This document shows positions 1 to 8,327 of a DNA stretch of 18,305 nucleotides, one piece after another (position 1 is the stretch's first letter; every line of letters begins with the position of its first letter). The notes under the pieces were generated by a model. It had not been told where the DNA came from. It worked only from the letters and a program-made list of their open reading frames with translations, and made no database searches. The position numbers and the translations under genes are program-made. The stretch lies in assembly GCA_046581755.1 (NCBI GenBank), contig JAYGFR010000195.1:1-18305 (forward strand), given 5' to 3'. Source of the stretch: Nitrospinota bacterium. GTDB lineage: Bacteria > UBA8248.

Positions 1-248
1 TTCTCCTCGGTCGCGATGATGGCGGCGTTCACCTCGGGGCGCGCCAGAAGCTCCTTGTAGTCGGCCGTGAAAAAATCGGCGCCCGTGTCCTCGGCCAGCT
101 TCCGGCCTACTTTTTCGTCGATGTCGCACAGGCCCAGCCACTCGATGCCGGGATAGTCACGCGCCAGTTCGGCGCGGATTCGCCCGATCTTGCCGCAACC
201 GACAATGGCCAGGCCAATGGGTTTTCTTGAACCGTTTCCGTTGCTCAT
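1..248 (-). CDS. Gfo/Idh/MocA family NAD(P)-dependent oxidoreductase, 5' part only (runs off the window edge); paralogue of 300..1415
   Basis: Not in the ORF track because it is truncated. Manual translation from ATG at 248: MSNGNGSRKPIGLAIVGCGKIGRIRAELARDYPGIEWLGLCDIDEKVGRKLAEDTGADFFTADYKELLARPEVNAAIIATEE. Rossmann GxGxxG motif, AAGGAG SD upstream, ungapped nucleotide similarity to 1171..1394. Confidence 0.9.
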   Translation of the reverse strand, partial: MSNGNGSRKPIGLAIVGCGKIGRIRAELARDYPGIEWLGLCDIDEKVGRKLAEDTGADFFTADYKELLARPEVNAAIIATEE

Positions 249-299
249 TCGAAACTCCTTGAGAAAAACGCTGTCATTTTGCCCGCCGCCACTGGTCCG

Positions 300-1415
300 T
301 CAGGCGTCGAACTCGTCCAGATCGAGGGGCAGGCGGAGCGCCACTCCCCGTTTCGCCGATAGATCCATCGCCATCGTCATTATCAGGTTCCGGTGGCCGT
401 CGGCGGCGGTGGCATGGGGCGTTTCGAGCCCCGAGTGGACCCGCGCGAACCAGGCGGCCGTCTCCTCGCGCATGGGCCCCCACAATTGCCCGAAGGCGAT
501 GTCGCCGGGAGGATAGCTCGCCAGGAACTCGACCTTCCGCTTCATCTCGGGCGTATAGCCCGCCGCCTGGCCGTGATCGCCCGCCATCACCAGATCGCGG
601 TGCGTGTCGTCGATGGTGATCGCCCCCTCGGTACCGACGATACCGATCTCAAGGGTGTAGACCGAGGCAGGCCAGTTCTCCGGCAACGCCCAGTTGATGT
701 TCATGCTCCACATCGTACCATCGTCGAAGGTGAAGATGCCGAAGGTCGCGTCTTTCATTCCGTAGGAGGCGCCCAGCGCAAGATCCACGTCGCGCGCATA
801 AACCTCGACGGGGGTCTTTCCTTCCATGAACCACATGGAGATGTCAAGGCTGTGGGTGCCCGAGACCACCATCGGGGTCAGGGCCGCGCGGTTCTCGGTT
901 TTTAGCACCGTGGCGATGGGGCCGAGGCGGTTCATGAATGCGCGGGTCGTCACCGAGGTGATCTGGCCGATCTGGGCCGTCCGGAGTTTTTCCTTCACGA
1001 CCAGGAATTTCCGGCGGAAGCGGTTCGTATAGCCCACAACGGCGTCGATTCCTCCCTCCTCGATGGCCTGGAGGACCTTCGCCGAGTCCCGGGCATTGGT
1101 GGCCAAGGGCTTTTCGATGAAAAGATCGTGCCCGCGCTCCACGGCAGCGAGGATGGGTGCGACGTGCTCGTGCTCCTCGGTGGCGATGATGGCGGCGTTC
1201 ACTTCGGGCCGCGCCAGGAGCTCCTTGTAGTCGGTCGTGAAAAAATCCGCCTTGGTATCTTCGGCCAGCTTCCGGCCTAATTTTTCGTCGATGTCGCACA
1301 GGCCGAGCCACTCGATGCCCGGATAATCGCCCGCGAACCCGCCCCGGATTCGCCCGATCTTTCCGCAGCCGACAATGGCCAGGCCGATGGGTTTGTTCCC
1401 ATCGTTTCTGCTCAT
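300..1415 (-). CDS. Gfo/Idh/MocA family oxidoreductase (371 aa)
   Basis: N-terminal IVGCGKIG Rossmann motif, EKPLA motif, VGYTNRF and GTHSLD segments typical of the family; GGGAG SD before ATG. Confidence 0.92.
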   Translation of the reverse strand: MSRNDGNKPIGLAIVGCGKIGRIRGGFAGDYPGIEWLGLCDIDEKLGRKLAEDTKADFFTTDYKELLARPEVNAAIIATEEHEHVAPILAAVERGHDLFIEKPLATNARDSAKVLQAIEEGGIDAVVGYTNRFRRKFLVVKEKLRTAQIGQITSVTTRAFMNRLGPIATVLKTENRAALTPMVVSGTHSLDISMWFMEGKTPVEVYARDVDLALGASYGMKDATFGIFTFDDGTMWSMNINWALPENWPASVYTLEIGIVGTEGAITIDDTHRDLVMAGDHGQAAGYTPEMKRKVEFLASYPPGDIAFGQLWGPMREETAAWFARVHSGLETPHATAADGHRNLIMTMAMDLSAKRGVALRLPLDLDEFDA

Positions 1416-1443
1416 GGCTCTCCCATTTTTTTGCGGGCGCGGA

Positions 1444-1806
1444 TCACACTTTCACCTCGACCCGAATGGCGTCGAAGGCGAAGGTGTCGCGGTTTTCGAG
1501 CCAGTGAACTCCTTCGGGATCCACCCAGAAGGGCTCGCCGTCCTTGCGCTTTCCGCTCCGGGCGACGATTTTGCCCTTGTCGCTGAAATAATCCATGTTC
1601 GGACTGGCGTTGATGATGAACACGCTCGGATTTTTGTGGGTGTGCTTTTCCTCGATCACGCCGGGGGGGATGACTACATGGAGAACGCAGACCCGATCGT
1701 TTTCGAACACGACCGTATGGTTCTCCGGGGCGGCGATGACCGAGTCGAGCTCTTCCGGCGTGCCCGGTATATAGGGCGGCCGCCGGGGAATGTGATCCGA
1801 TGACAT
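1444..1806 (-). CDS. Small cupin-domain protein (120 aa)
   Basis: FENDRVCVL...PG...HTHK and PEGVHWLEN match the two cupin metal-binding motifs; AAGGAG SD overlaps the upstream stop codon. Confidence 0.85.
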   Translation of the reverse strand: MSSDHIPRRPPYIPGTPEELDSVIAAPENHTVVFENDRVCVLHVVIPPGVIEEKHTHKNPSVFIINASPNMDYFSDKGKIVARSGKRKDGEPFWVDPEGVHWLENRDTFAFDAIRVEVKV

Positions 1807-1817
1807 CGTGACTCTCC

Positions 1818-2180
1818 TTATCCCTTGAGTTCGATCCGGATGGCCTCGAGATCGAACTCGTCCGGGTTTTCGACCCAGTGGCCCCCCTCGGGCCCCAACC
1901 AGAAGGGTGCGCCCTCCCCGGGGGGCGGCCCGAGCGCGACCTCCTCATCTTTTTCGTTGAAATATTTAATCTTGGGCCTTTTCGTTATCGTAAACACGCT
2001 GGGCCATTTATGGGTGTGCTTCTTCTCGACCTCGCCCGCGCGGACGATGACCTTTAGCACGCGCACATGTTCGTTCTCGATGAGGACCTCGTGGTTGTCC
2101 GGCGCGGCGATGACGGCATCGAGTTCATCGGGCGTTCCTGGAACATAGGGCGAAGTGCCCTTGGGGGGATCGGGAGACAT
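1818..2180 (-). CDS. Small cupin-domain protein (120 aa), paralogue of 1444..1806
   Basis: ENEHVRVL...HTHKWP and PEGGHWVEN cupin motifs; shares PGTP.ELD.VIAAP.NH with its neighbour; AGGAGG SD. Confidence 0.85.
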   Translation of the reverse strand: MSPDPPKGTSPYVPGTPDELDAVIAAPDNHEVLIENEHVRVLKVIVRAGEVEKKHTHKWPSVFTITKRPKIKYFNEKDEEVALGPPPGEGAPFWLGPEGGHWVENPDEFDLEAIRIELKG

Positions 2181-2201
2181 CGGCTCCCTCCTTTCGAGAA
2201 A

Positions 2202-3137
2202 TCAGGCGAGGATCGCCCTGGGAAGCATGGCGTGGACCCCTTTGATGCCGTTGACGATCTGGGTGACGTGCAGGTCCACGGCCAAGCTGCACAGCGTATA
2301 GGCGTCCTCGGCGCTCATGCCGCGCGTCTCGCCCAAAAAGCGAATCGTCTCGCGGAGGGCCATCTTCGCCGCGTTGTCGATCAGAGGGTCGAAACCCATG
2401 AGGATGTGGTGGTCCGCGGTCTCGGCGCGAGGCACTTCGAGCTTCATGTCCTTGCGGAGTCGAAGCTCGACCGTGCCCGTCAGGGCCGCCTCCAGGGCCG
2501 ATGTGCACGACTCGCCGTCGCCCTGGCAGCCATGGCCGTCGCCGATGGAAAAAAGCGCGCCCTCATGAAATACGGGGAAATACACGGTGGCGCCGGGGCC
2601 GAGCTCCTTGTTGTCCAAATTTCCGCCCCACACCCCCGGCGGTCCCGATCCGACCCGGCCCATCCCCGCCGGCGGGGCGACGCCGAAATTTCCGAAAAAC
2701 GGGGCCAGCGGAACCTTCACCCCCGCGCCCCAGTCTCCCGTGCCCGCCTCGGCGTCGATCTCCACGACGACCGAATGATGATAGGGAAAATCCTCGGGAA
2801 GCCCGCCCCGGAGCGGGCGGAAGACGTTCACCCCCCAATCGTAACGGGGCCTGGCCTCCAGAAAGCGCACCTCCAGCACATCGCCCGGCATGGCCCCCTC
2901 AACGGCCACCGGGCCGATCAGCATGTGGCCGCCCTCACCTTTTTCAACGTTTTCGAGGATGGCCAGAAGTTCCTTCGAGGCGCGAGATCGGACCCTCTCC
3001 ATGGCATCCATGAATCCCGATTCGGTATGGACGATGAGGCGATCGCCCGGCGCGGCGGTCAGAACCGGAGGCAGCGCTGCGTCGTAGTAGCCCCAATGAA
3101 CAGTATCGGGCGAGGCGGTGAGTTCATGGGTGGCCAA
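2202..3137 (-). CDS. Acetamidase/formamidase (FmdA/AmdA) family protein (311 aa, TTG start)
   Basis: GPVAVEGAMPGDVLEV, GGNLDNKEL and GALFSIGDGHGCQGDGE family motifs. The TTG start aligns with the ATG of the upstream paralogue (MATHEL); AAGGA SD. Confidence 0.92.
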   Translation of the reverse strand: MATHELTASPDTVHWGYYDAALPPVLTAAPGDRLIVHTESGFMDAMERVRSRASKELLAILENVEKGEGGHMLIGPVAVEGAMPGDVLEVRFLEARPRYDWGVNVFRPLRGGLPEDFPYHHSVVVEIDAEAGTGDWGAGVKVPLAPFFGNFGVAPPAGMGRVGSGPPGVWGGNLDNKELGPGATVYFPVFHEGALFSIGDGHGCQGDGESCTSALEAALTGTVELRLRKDMKLEVPRAETADHHILMGFDPLIDNAAKMALRETIRFLGETRGMSAEDAYTLCSLAVDLHVTQIVNGIKGVHAMLPRAILA

Positions 3138-3167
3138 AACGAGTCGTCCTTTCCGTTTTTTTTCGTT

Positions 3168-4102
3168 CTACTCGAAGAGCGATTTTGGCACCATCGCGTG
3201 GACGCCCTTGTAGCCGTTGACGATCTGGGTGACGTGCAGGTCCACGGCCAAGCTACACAGCGTATAGGCGTCCTCAGCGCTCATGCCGCGCAACTCGCCC
3301 AAAATCGGATCGTCTCGCGGAGGGCCATTTTCGCCGCGTTGTCGAGAATCGGATCGAAGCCGCCGAGGATATAGTGGGTCGGCGTCTCCGCGCGGGGCAC
3401 CTTGAGGGACATGTCTTTTCTCACGATCATCTCGAAGGTCCCGATCAGGCCCATCTCGATGCCGTTGATGTTGGCCTCCCCATCGCCCTGACAGCCGTGG
3501 CCGTCGCCCACCGAAAAGAGCGCGCCATCGTTGAAGATGGGGATATAGACGGTCGAGCCCGCGGTGAACTCTTTGTTGTCGAAGTTTCCGCCCCATTCGC
3601 CGGGAGGGGCGCTCGAGATTATCCCCATCGCCGGGGCCGGCGCGACGCCGAAATTCCCGAAGAAGGGCGCCAGCGGGACCTTTACACCCGCGCCCCAATC
3701 GCCCGTGCCCGCCTCGGCGTCCACCTCCACGACGACGACGCGCGTGTAGGGAAAGTCCTCGGGCAGGCCTCCCCCCAGCGGGTGGAAGCCGTTATAGCCC
3801 CAATCGTAGCGGGGCTGGATATCCTTAATGCGGATTTCGAGCACATCGCCGGGCCGGGCTCCCTCGATGGCCACCGGGCCCGTCATGATGTGGGCGCCGG
3901 GTCCTTTTTTCGCACTCGCGAGGATGGCGCGGACCGCCTCGGATGCGCGATCGCCGAGTTCGTCGAGCAGGTCGGCCCGGCACGATTCGGTGCGGACGAT
4001 GAGCGTATCGCCCGAGGCAATCGTCATGACGGGTTTGGTGGCGGCGTTGTAATAGCCCCATTGGATGGTTTCGGGCGTGGCAATCAGCTCATGCGTGGCC
4101 AT
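3168..4102 (-). pseudogene. Acetamidase/formamidase family gene with a 1-nt frameshift near the 3' end (true pseudogene or sequencing error)
   Basis: ATG at 4102 (MATHELIAT) with GGGGG SD; same motifs (GGNFDNKE, GDGHGCQGDGE). The frame breaks at the T4 run at 3301..3304, where the paralogue has T5 (TTT TTG GGC). The missing C-terminus LGELRGMSAEDAYTLCSLAVDLHVTQIVNGYKGVHAMVPKSLFE continues in another frame to the stop at 3168. Confidence 0.85.
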
Positions 4103-4230
4103 GGAGACCCCCTTTCGAGGTGTGGCGGGTTTGTGCGATAGCCCTGTCAGGCCCCGGATGCAGCGGCCTTCCGGACAGGCAACCCATTTGGCTGGACAGG
4201 ATTTTCCGATTTTTTCCGTAACCCGGAAGG

Positions 4231-4259
4231 ACTCTATCACCGGCATCCGGGAAGGTCAA
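4231..4259 (-). promoter_or_regulatory. Sigma70-type promoter for the amidase/cupin/oxidoreductase operon
   Basis: Minus strand reads TTGACC, a 17-nt spacer, then TAGAGT with an extended -10 TGn. It lies about 130 nt upstream of ATG 4102. Confidence 0.6.
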
Positions 4260-4280
4260 AAAAACACGGCGCCTTCCGCG

Positions 4281-5057
4281 TCAGTCCAGGATCGCGCTCA
4301 CCAGGGCCGGCAGAATCTCTCCCGTTTTTCCCCGCAGGAGAGCGTCACCCAAATCGTCGAGGCGGGTGGGCGAGTCGTTCACGATGATCAGCCGCGCCCC
4401 GGCCTGGAACGCCTTTTCGGGCAGCGCCCCGGCCGGGCGGACGGCGAGCGAGGACCCAGCCACCAGGAACACCTGGGCCGTCTCCGAAGACGCCACCGCC
4501 CTGCGCAGGCGATCCGGCGCGATGGACTCTCCGAAAAATACGGCGTCCGGCTTGAGGAAGCCGCCGCATCCGCACACGGGCATCTCCTCGCCCGCCAGGA
4601 CCCGCTCGTGGATGGCGAGGCGGCTCATGCGCTCCCCGCAATCCACACAGACGCAAAAATGCCTCGTTCCGTGGAGCTCGACGACCCGCTCCGCATCGTG
4701 CCCGGCTTTTTGGTGCAGGCCGTCAGTGTTCTGCGTAATCAAAAGGGAAAGTATTCCCGCCTGGGCGAGGCGGGCCAGGGCCCTGTGTCCCCCGGAGGGT
4801 TCCGCGCCCAGGACGCGGGGGTAGGTGTCCCGCGTGGCGGCCCAATAGCGCCGGCGGACCTCCCCGGAGGCCCTCCAGCGCCGGATGTCGAAATCCCTGG
4901 GGTCGAACCGATCCCAGACTCCGCCCCGCGACCTGAAATCGGGAATCCCGCTTTCGGTGCTGATCCCCGCGCCGGTCAGGAAAACGGTTCTCTCCGCGCC
5001 GCGAATCCACCCAGAGGCGCGGGCGATGAGGTCATCTGAAATACCGGTTTCGGGCAA
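4281..5057 (-). CDS. cobB: Sir2 family NAD-dependent protein deacylase (CobB/NpdA-like)
   Basis: TGAGISTESGIPDFRS, TQNTDGLHQKAG, ELHG, Zn-binding CVDC...CGC, LKPDAVFFGE and GSSLAVRPA motifs; TTG start with AGAGGAG SD. Confidence 0.92.
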   Translation of the reverse strand: MPETGISDDLIARASGWIRGAERTVFLTGAGISTESGIPDFRSRGGVWDRFDPRDFDIRRWRASGEVRRRYWAATRDTYPRVLGAEPSGGHRALARLAQAGILSLLITQNTDGLHQKAGHDAERVVELHGTRHFCVCVDCGERMSRLAIHERVLAGEEMPVCGCGGFLKPDAVFFGESIAPDRLRRAVASSETAQVFLVAGSSLAVRPAGALPEKAFQAGARLIIVNDSPTRLDDLGDALLRGKTGEILPALVSAILD

Positions 5058-5260
5058 ACCCGTTCTCCTCTATTTCCCGGATGTATTTTACGAATACGCG
5101 GGGTTTCGTATTTTCCGAATTCCCTGGGTTGCGCCCGCCCCTGGCGGCCATGAAGAAGTGCGGCTCCGGCAACCCGGTGGTAAGGTGGGCGCATCTCAAT
5201 CGGATGGACCCGGCGGAGACAAGAATGCGCGGTCCAGGCCATGAACGGGAGAACCCACCG

Positions 5261-6058
5261 ATGTTTTCGCGCCTTCGCCCCGTATTTTCCGCCCTTCCCT
5301 GGCTCGTTCTCGCGGCCATGATCGGCGGATGCGCCGAGTACGGATTCAAGGCCTCGGTAAACCCCGCCTCGGAGAAAATCCTCCAGAAATCCATCCAGAA
5401 GGAATTCGACCTCCTCGTCCGGGACTTCGATTCATTGGACGGCAAGGGCGACATGGAGTTGTGCGCGCCGGTCCGCTTCGCCGTGACCCGGTTCGCCGTC
5501 TACCAGGCGCTGGAGGAGCGGAAAAACGCCGGCATGGCGCAGATGACCCGGTTCATCATGCGGGCTCGGCGGGCGCTGACCTCCGCGCAGGCGCGGTTTC
5601 GATCCAAAACATGCGTGGACAGCGACGGCGACGGCCTGACGGACCTCGCCGAGGTCCGCCGCCACAAAACCAACCCGAACAGCGCCGACACGGATTCGGA
5701 CGGCCTGCCCGACGGCGCCGAGGTTCGCCGCCACAAAACCAACCCATTGCTTTTCGACACCGACGGCGATTTGCTGAGCGATGGAGAGGAAGTGCTGTAT
5801 CTCAAATTGAGCCCGAAAAACCCGGACAGCGACCGGGACGGCTACTCGGATGGCTACGAGGTGACACGGGGCACCAACCCGCGCGATCACTGCTCCCGCC
5901 CCCGTCGGGGTCCCCGGTTTCCCGGCCCCTGGAAAAAATGCCGGCGCAGCATCACCGGCAAAAAGCGCCGGCACCGCGGGGTGGTGGGGAGGATTCCAGG
6001 GCGGGTCCCGCTGCCTCTTTTCAACGGAGGAAACTCGAACGGCCTGCTGAACACCTGA
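5261..6058 (+). CDS. Putative lipoprotein with four Ca-binding thrombospondin-type-3-like (DxDxDG) repeats
   Basis: ATG 5261 with GGGAG SD gives MFSRLRPVFSALPWLVLAAMIGG-C (basic N-region, hydrophobic core, lipobox-like Cys). Four D(S/T)DxDxL/YxDxxE repeats follow, then a basic tail. The ORF-track start at 5081 is probably too early. Confidence 0.75.
   Translation: MFSRLRPVFSALPWLVLAAMIGGCAEYGFKASVNPASEKILQKSIQKEFDLLVRDFDSLDGKGDMELCAPVRFAVTRFAVYQALEERKNAGMAQMTRFIMRARRALTSAQARFRSKTCVDSDGDGLTDLAEVRRHKTNPNSADTDSDGLPDGAEVRRHKTNPLLFDTDGDLLSDGEEVLYLKLSPKNPDSDRDGYSDGYEVTRGTNPRDHCSRPRRGPRFPGPWKKCRRSITGKKRRHRGVVGRIPGRVPLPLFNGGNSNGLLNT
5618..5887 (+). repeat. Intragenic tandem repeat, about 4 x 69 nt (23 aa)
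   Basis: Units start at 5618, 5687, 5756 and 5825: DSDGDGLTDLAEVRRHKTNPNSA / DTDSDGLPDGAEVRRHKTNPLLF / DTDGDLLSDGEEVLYLKLSPKNP / DSDRDGYSDGYEVTRGTNPRD. Confidence 0.9.
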
Positions 6059-6080
6059 GCGAGGGCTTGCCGCCCAGGAT

Positions 6081-7781
6081 TTACCCGTCCGTAACGCAAC
6101 CCTCGGACGCCGACGATACGCACCTGGCATACTTGAGAAGCGTGCCCCGCTTCACCCGGAGCGGCGGCGCGGTCCATTTTTTCCGTCTGGTCTCGATTTC
6201 CTCTTCGCTCAGGTCCACCTCCATCGTCCGGCTTTGGGCGTCGATGGTGATTTTGTCGCCGTTTTTTATCAGGCCGATCAGGCCACCGGTCTGGGCCTCG
6301 GGTGTCACGTGGCCGACGACGAAGCCGTGCGTACCGCCCGAAAAGCGCCCGTCGGTGATGAGGGCGACGTCACTTCCGAGCCCCATCCCCGTGATGGCCG
6401 AGCTCACCGTGAGCATTTCCCGCATCCCGGGGCCTCCCCTGGGCCCTTCGAAGCGGATGACGATGACATCGCCTTTTTGAATTTTCTCTTGCTCAAGGCC
6501 CTTGAGCGTGTCCTCCTCGGAGTCGTACACCCGCGCGGGTCCCTCGAAATAAAGGCCTTCCTTACCGGTGATTTTCGCGACCGCGCCCTCGGGCGAGAGG
6601 TTGCCGTATAGAATCTGAAGGTGCCCGGTTTCCTTGATCGGGTTCGAGGGCAGGGAGATGATTTTCTGCCCCTGAGCCAGATCCGGGACGGATTCCAGGT
6701 TTTCCGCCAGCGTCTTTCCCGTCACGGTGAGGCAATTGCCGTTGAGGTACCCCTCTTTCAGGAGAAGTTTTTGCACCGCGGGCACGCCTCCGACATTGTG
6801 GAGGTCCTCCATCACGTACTGCCCGCTCGGTTTCAAATCGGCCAGGAATGGCGTCTTGTCGCTGATGCGCTGAAAGTCGTCGATGTTCACGTCCACATCG
6901 ACCGTCTTCGCCATGGCGATCATATGCATGACCGCGTTGGTCGAGTCGCCCAGCGCCATGATGATGACGATCGCGTTCTCGAACGCCTCCTTCGTCATGA
7001 TATCACTGGGCTTGATGTCGTTTTCGATGAGGTTGTAGATGGCATCGCCCACGTTCAGGCATTCGTTCCGCTTCTCCTCGCTCATGGCGGGATTTGAGGA
7101 ACTGTAGGGCAGGCTCATCCCCAGCGTTTCGATGGCGGAGGACATCGTGTTCGCCGTATACATCCCCCCGCAGGCGCCGCCGCTCGGGCAGGAATGGCGG
7201 ATGATCTGCTGGAATCGGTCCTCGTCAATCTTTCCGCTGAACAGCTCGCCGTAGGCCTGGAAGGTGGACACCACGTCCAGTTTCTCTCCGTCCAAAAATC
7301 CGGGGCTGATGGTTCCCCCGTATACCATCAGGCTCGGCCGGTTCAACCTTCCCATCGCGATGATCGAGCCGGGCATGTTCTTGTCGCATCCCGGCAGCGT
7401 CACCACCGCGTCGTACCACTGGGCGCTGACCACGGTTTCAATCGAATCGGCGATAATCTCCCGCGATTGAAGGGAGTATTTCATCCCCTCGGTACCCATC
7501 GAGATGCCGTCGCTGACGCCGATGGTGTTGAAGATGAGCCCCACCATCTTTTTGCCTTCGTTGACACTCTCCTTGACCAGGTTCGCCAGTGTATTCAGAT
7601 GGAAGTTGCACGTATTTCCCTCCCACCACATGCTGGCGATCCCGACCTGCGGATTGCCCATGTCCTTCTCGTCCAGCCCGGCGCCATACAACATGGCCTG
7701 CGAGGCCGCCTGCGATGGCGGCTGCGTGATGCGCCGGCTGAATTTGTTCAGGCCAGTTTTCTCCTCCGGCATTCGGCTCAT
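6081..7781 (-). CDS. ilvD: Dihydroxy-acid dehydratase
   Basis: [52 protein letters not shown] and [11 protein letters not shown] motifs. The start is ATG 7781 or ATG 7772; the latter has better AGGAG spacing. Confidence 0.97.
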   Translation of the reverse strand: MSRMPEEKTGLNKFSRRITQPPSQAASQAMLYGAGLDEKDMGNPQVGIASMWWEGNTCNFHLNTLANLVKESVNEGKKMVGLIFNTIGVSDGISMGTEGMKYSLQSREIIADSIETVVSAQWYDAVVTLPGCDKNMPGSIIAMGRLNRPSLMVYGGTISPGFLDGEKLDVVSTFQAYGELFSGKIDEDRFQQIIRHSCPSGGACGGMYTANTMSSAIETLGMSLPYSSSNPAMSEEKRNECLNVGDAIYNLIENDIKPSDIMTKEAFENAIVIIMALGDSTNAVMHMIAMAKTVDVDVNIDDFQRISDKTPFLADLKPSGQYVMEDLHNVGGVPAVQKLLLKEGYLNGNCLTVTGKTLAENLESVPDLAQGQKIISLPSNPIKETGHLQILYGNLSPEGAVAKITGKEGLYFEGPARVYDSEEDTLKGLEQEKIQKGDVIVIRFEGPRGGPGMREMLTVSSAITGMGLGSDVALITDGRFSGGTHGFVVGHVTPEAQTGGLIGLIKNGDKITIDAQSRTMEVDLSEEEIETRRKKWTAPPLRVKRGTLLKYARCVSSASEGCVTDG

Positions 7782-7823
7782 CTCCTACCTTGAAAAATAC
7801 GAAACGCAAAAATGGGCCCGGCC

Positions 7824-8273
7824 TTAGCCGCGCTTGTTGATGAATTCCCGATACTTGTCGGCGAGCCTCGCTTCGCGCCAGTTGTAGCCGGTCGCATCGG
7901 CCGCCTTTTCCATCTGTTCGCTCGTCCAATTGTTCGTTTCCGCAAGGTGCACCAGCGAGCAAATCCCGGCTCGCCCAGAGGCCATTCAGTGAACAAACGT
8001 TTCGCCCTCGGCGGCCGCCTCGCTGATGGCGCGGCTCACCTCGGCGAGCGACTCATCGCTGAATTCCGAGGAAGACACCGGAACGTTGAGATAGGTCATT
8101 CCCAGCGCCTCGACCTCGGCTTTGGCGCGCTCCGGAGGAAGCTCGCCCTGGTCCTCGCTGGGCAGCCTCGTGTTAATGATGGTCTTCACCCCCTTGGCGG
8201 CAAGCGCCTTGAGGTCTTCAAGCGTCGGTTGGCCGCCGAAGGAAATATTTTCGGATGCGGAATACTGGTCCAT
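7824..8273 (-). CDS. Probable selenoprotein: DUF442/Blh-like sulfurtransferase (PTP-like fold), 149 aa, Sec at residue 96
   Basis: GGQPT..DL..LA..GVKTIINTR...E and LGMTYLNVPV are the DUF442 pattern. The track ORF stops at ETFVH-TGA (7986..7988), exactly at the catalytic Cys of the HCxxGxR loop. Read-through gives H-U-MASGRAGICSLVHLAETNNWTSEQMEKAADATGYNWREARLADKYREFINKRG-TAA (7824). GAGGAG SD before ATG 8273. Confidence 0.85.
7955..7974 (-). promoter_or_regulatory. Candidate bacterial SECIS hairpin of the DUF442-like gene
   Basis: mRNA GCGAGC-CGGGAUUU-GCUCGC: perfect 6-bp stem starting 11 nt after the UGA, with a G-containing loop. Confidence 0.7.
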
Positions 8274-8327
8274 GCTCACTCCTCGGTGAATGGTAGCGTC
8301 GCATTCCCGCAGGAAGCGTCGTTCCGT

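Noticed and set aside
4281..5057. Sir2 gene as an anti-phage (Thoeris/DSR-type) NADase
   Set aside because: It is a compact classical sirtuin with the Zn-binding Cys motif, no extra domains and no defence-gene neighbours.
5618..5887. 69-nt periodic repeats as a CRISPR array
   Set aside because: The period is a multiple of 3, the units are degenerate and encode DxDxDG protein repeats, there are no unique spacers, and no cas genes are present.
7986..8279. 97-aa ORF as a complete protein or simple pseudogene
   Set aside because: It stops exactly at the catalytic residue, the downstream frame is intact and family-like, and a hairpin follows. A nonsense mutation cannot be fully excluded but is less parsimonious given two other Sec-type genes nearby.
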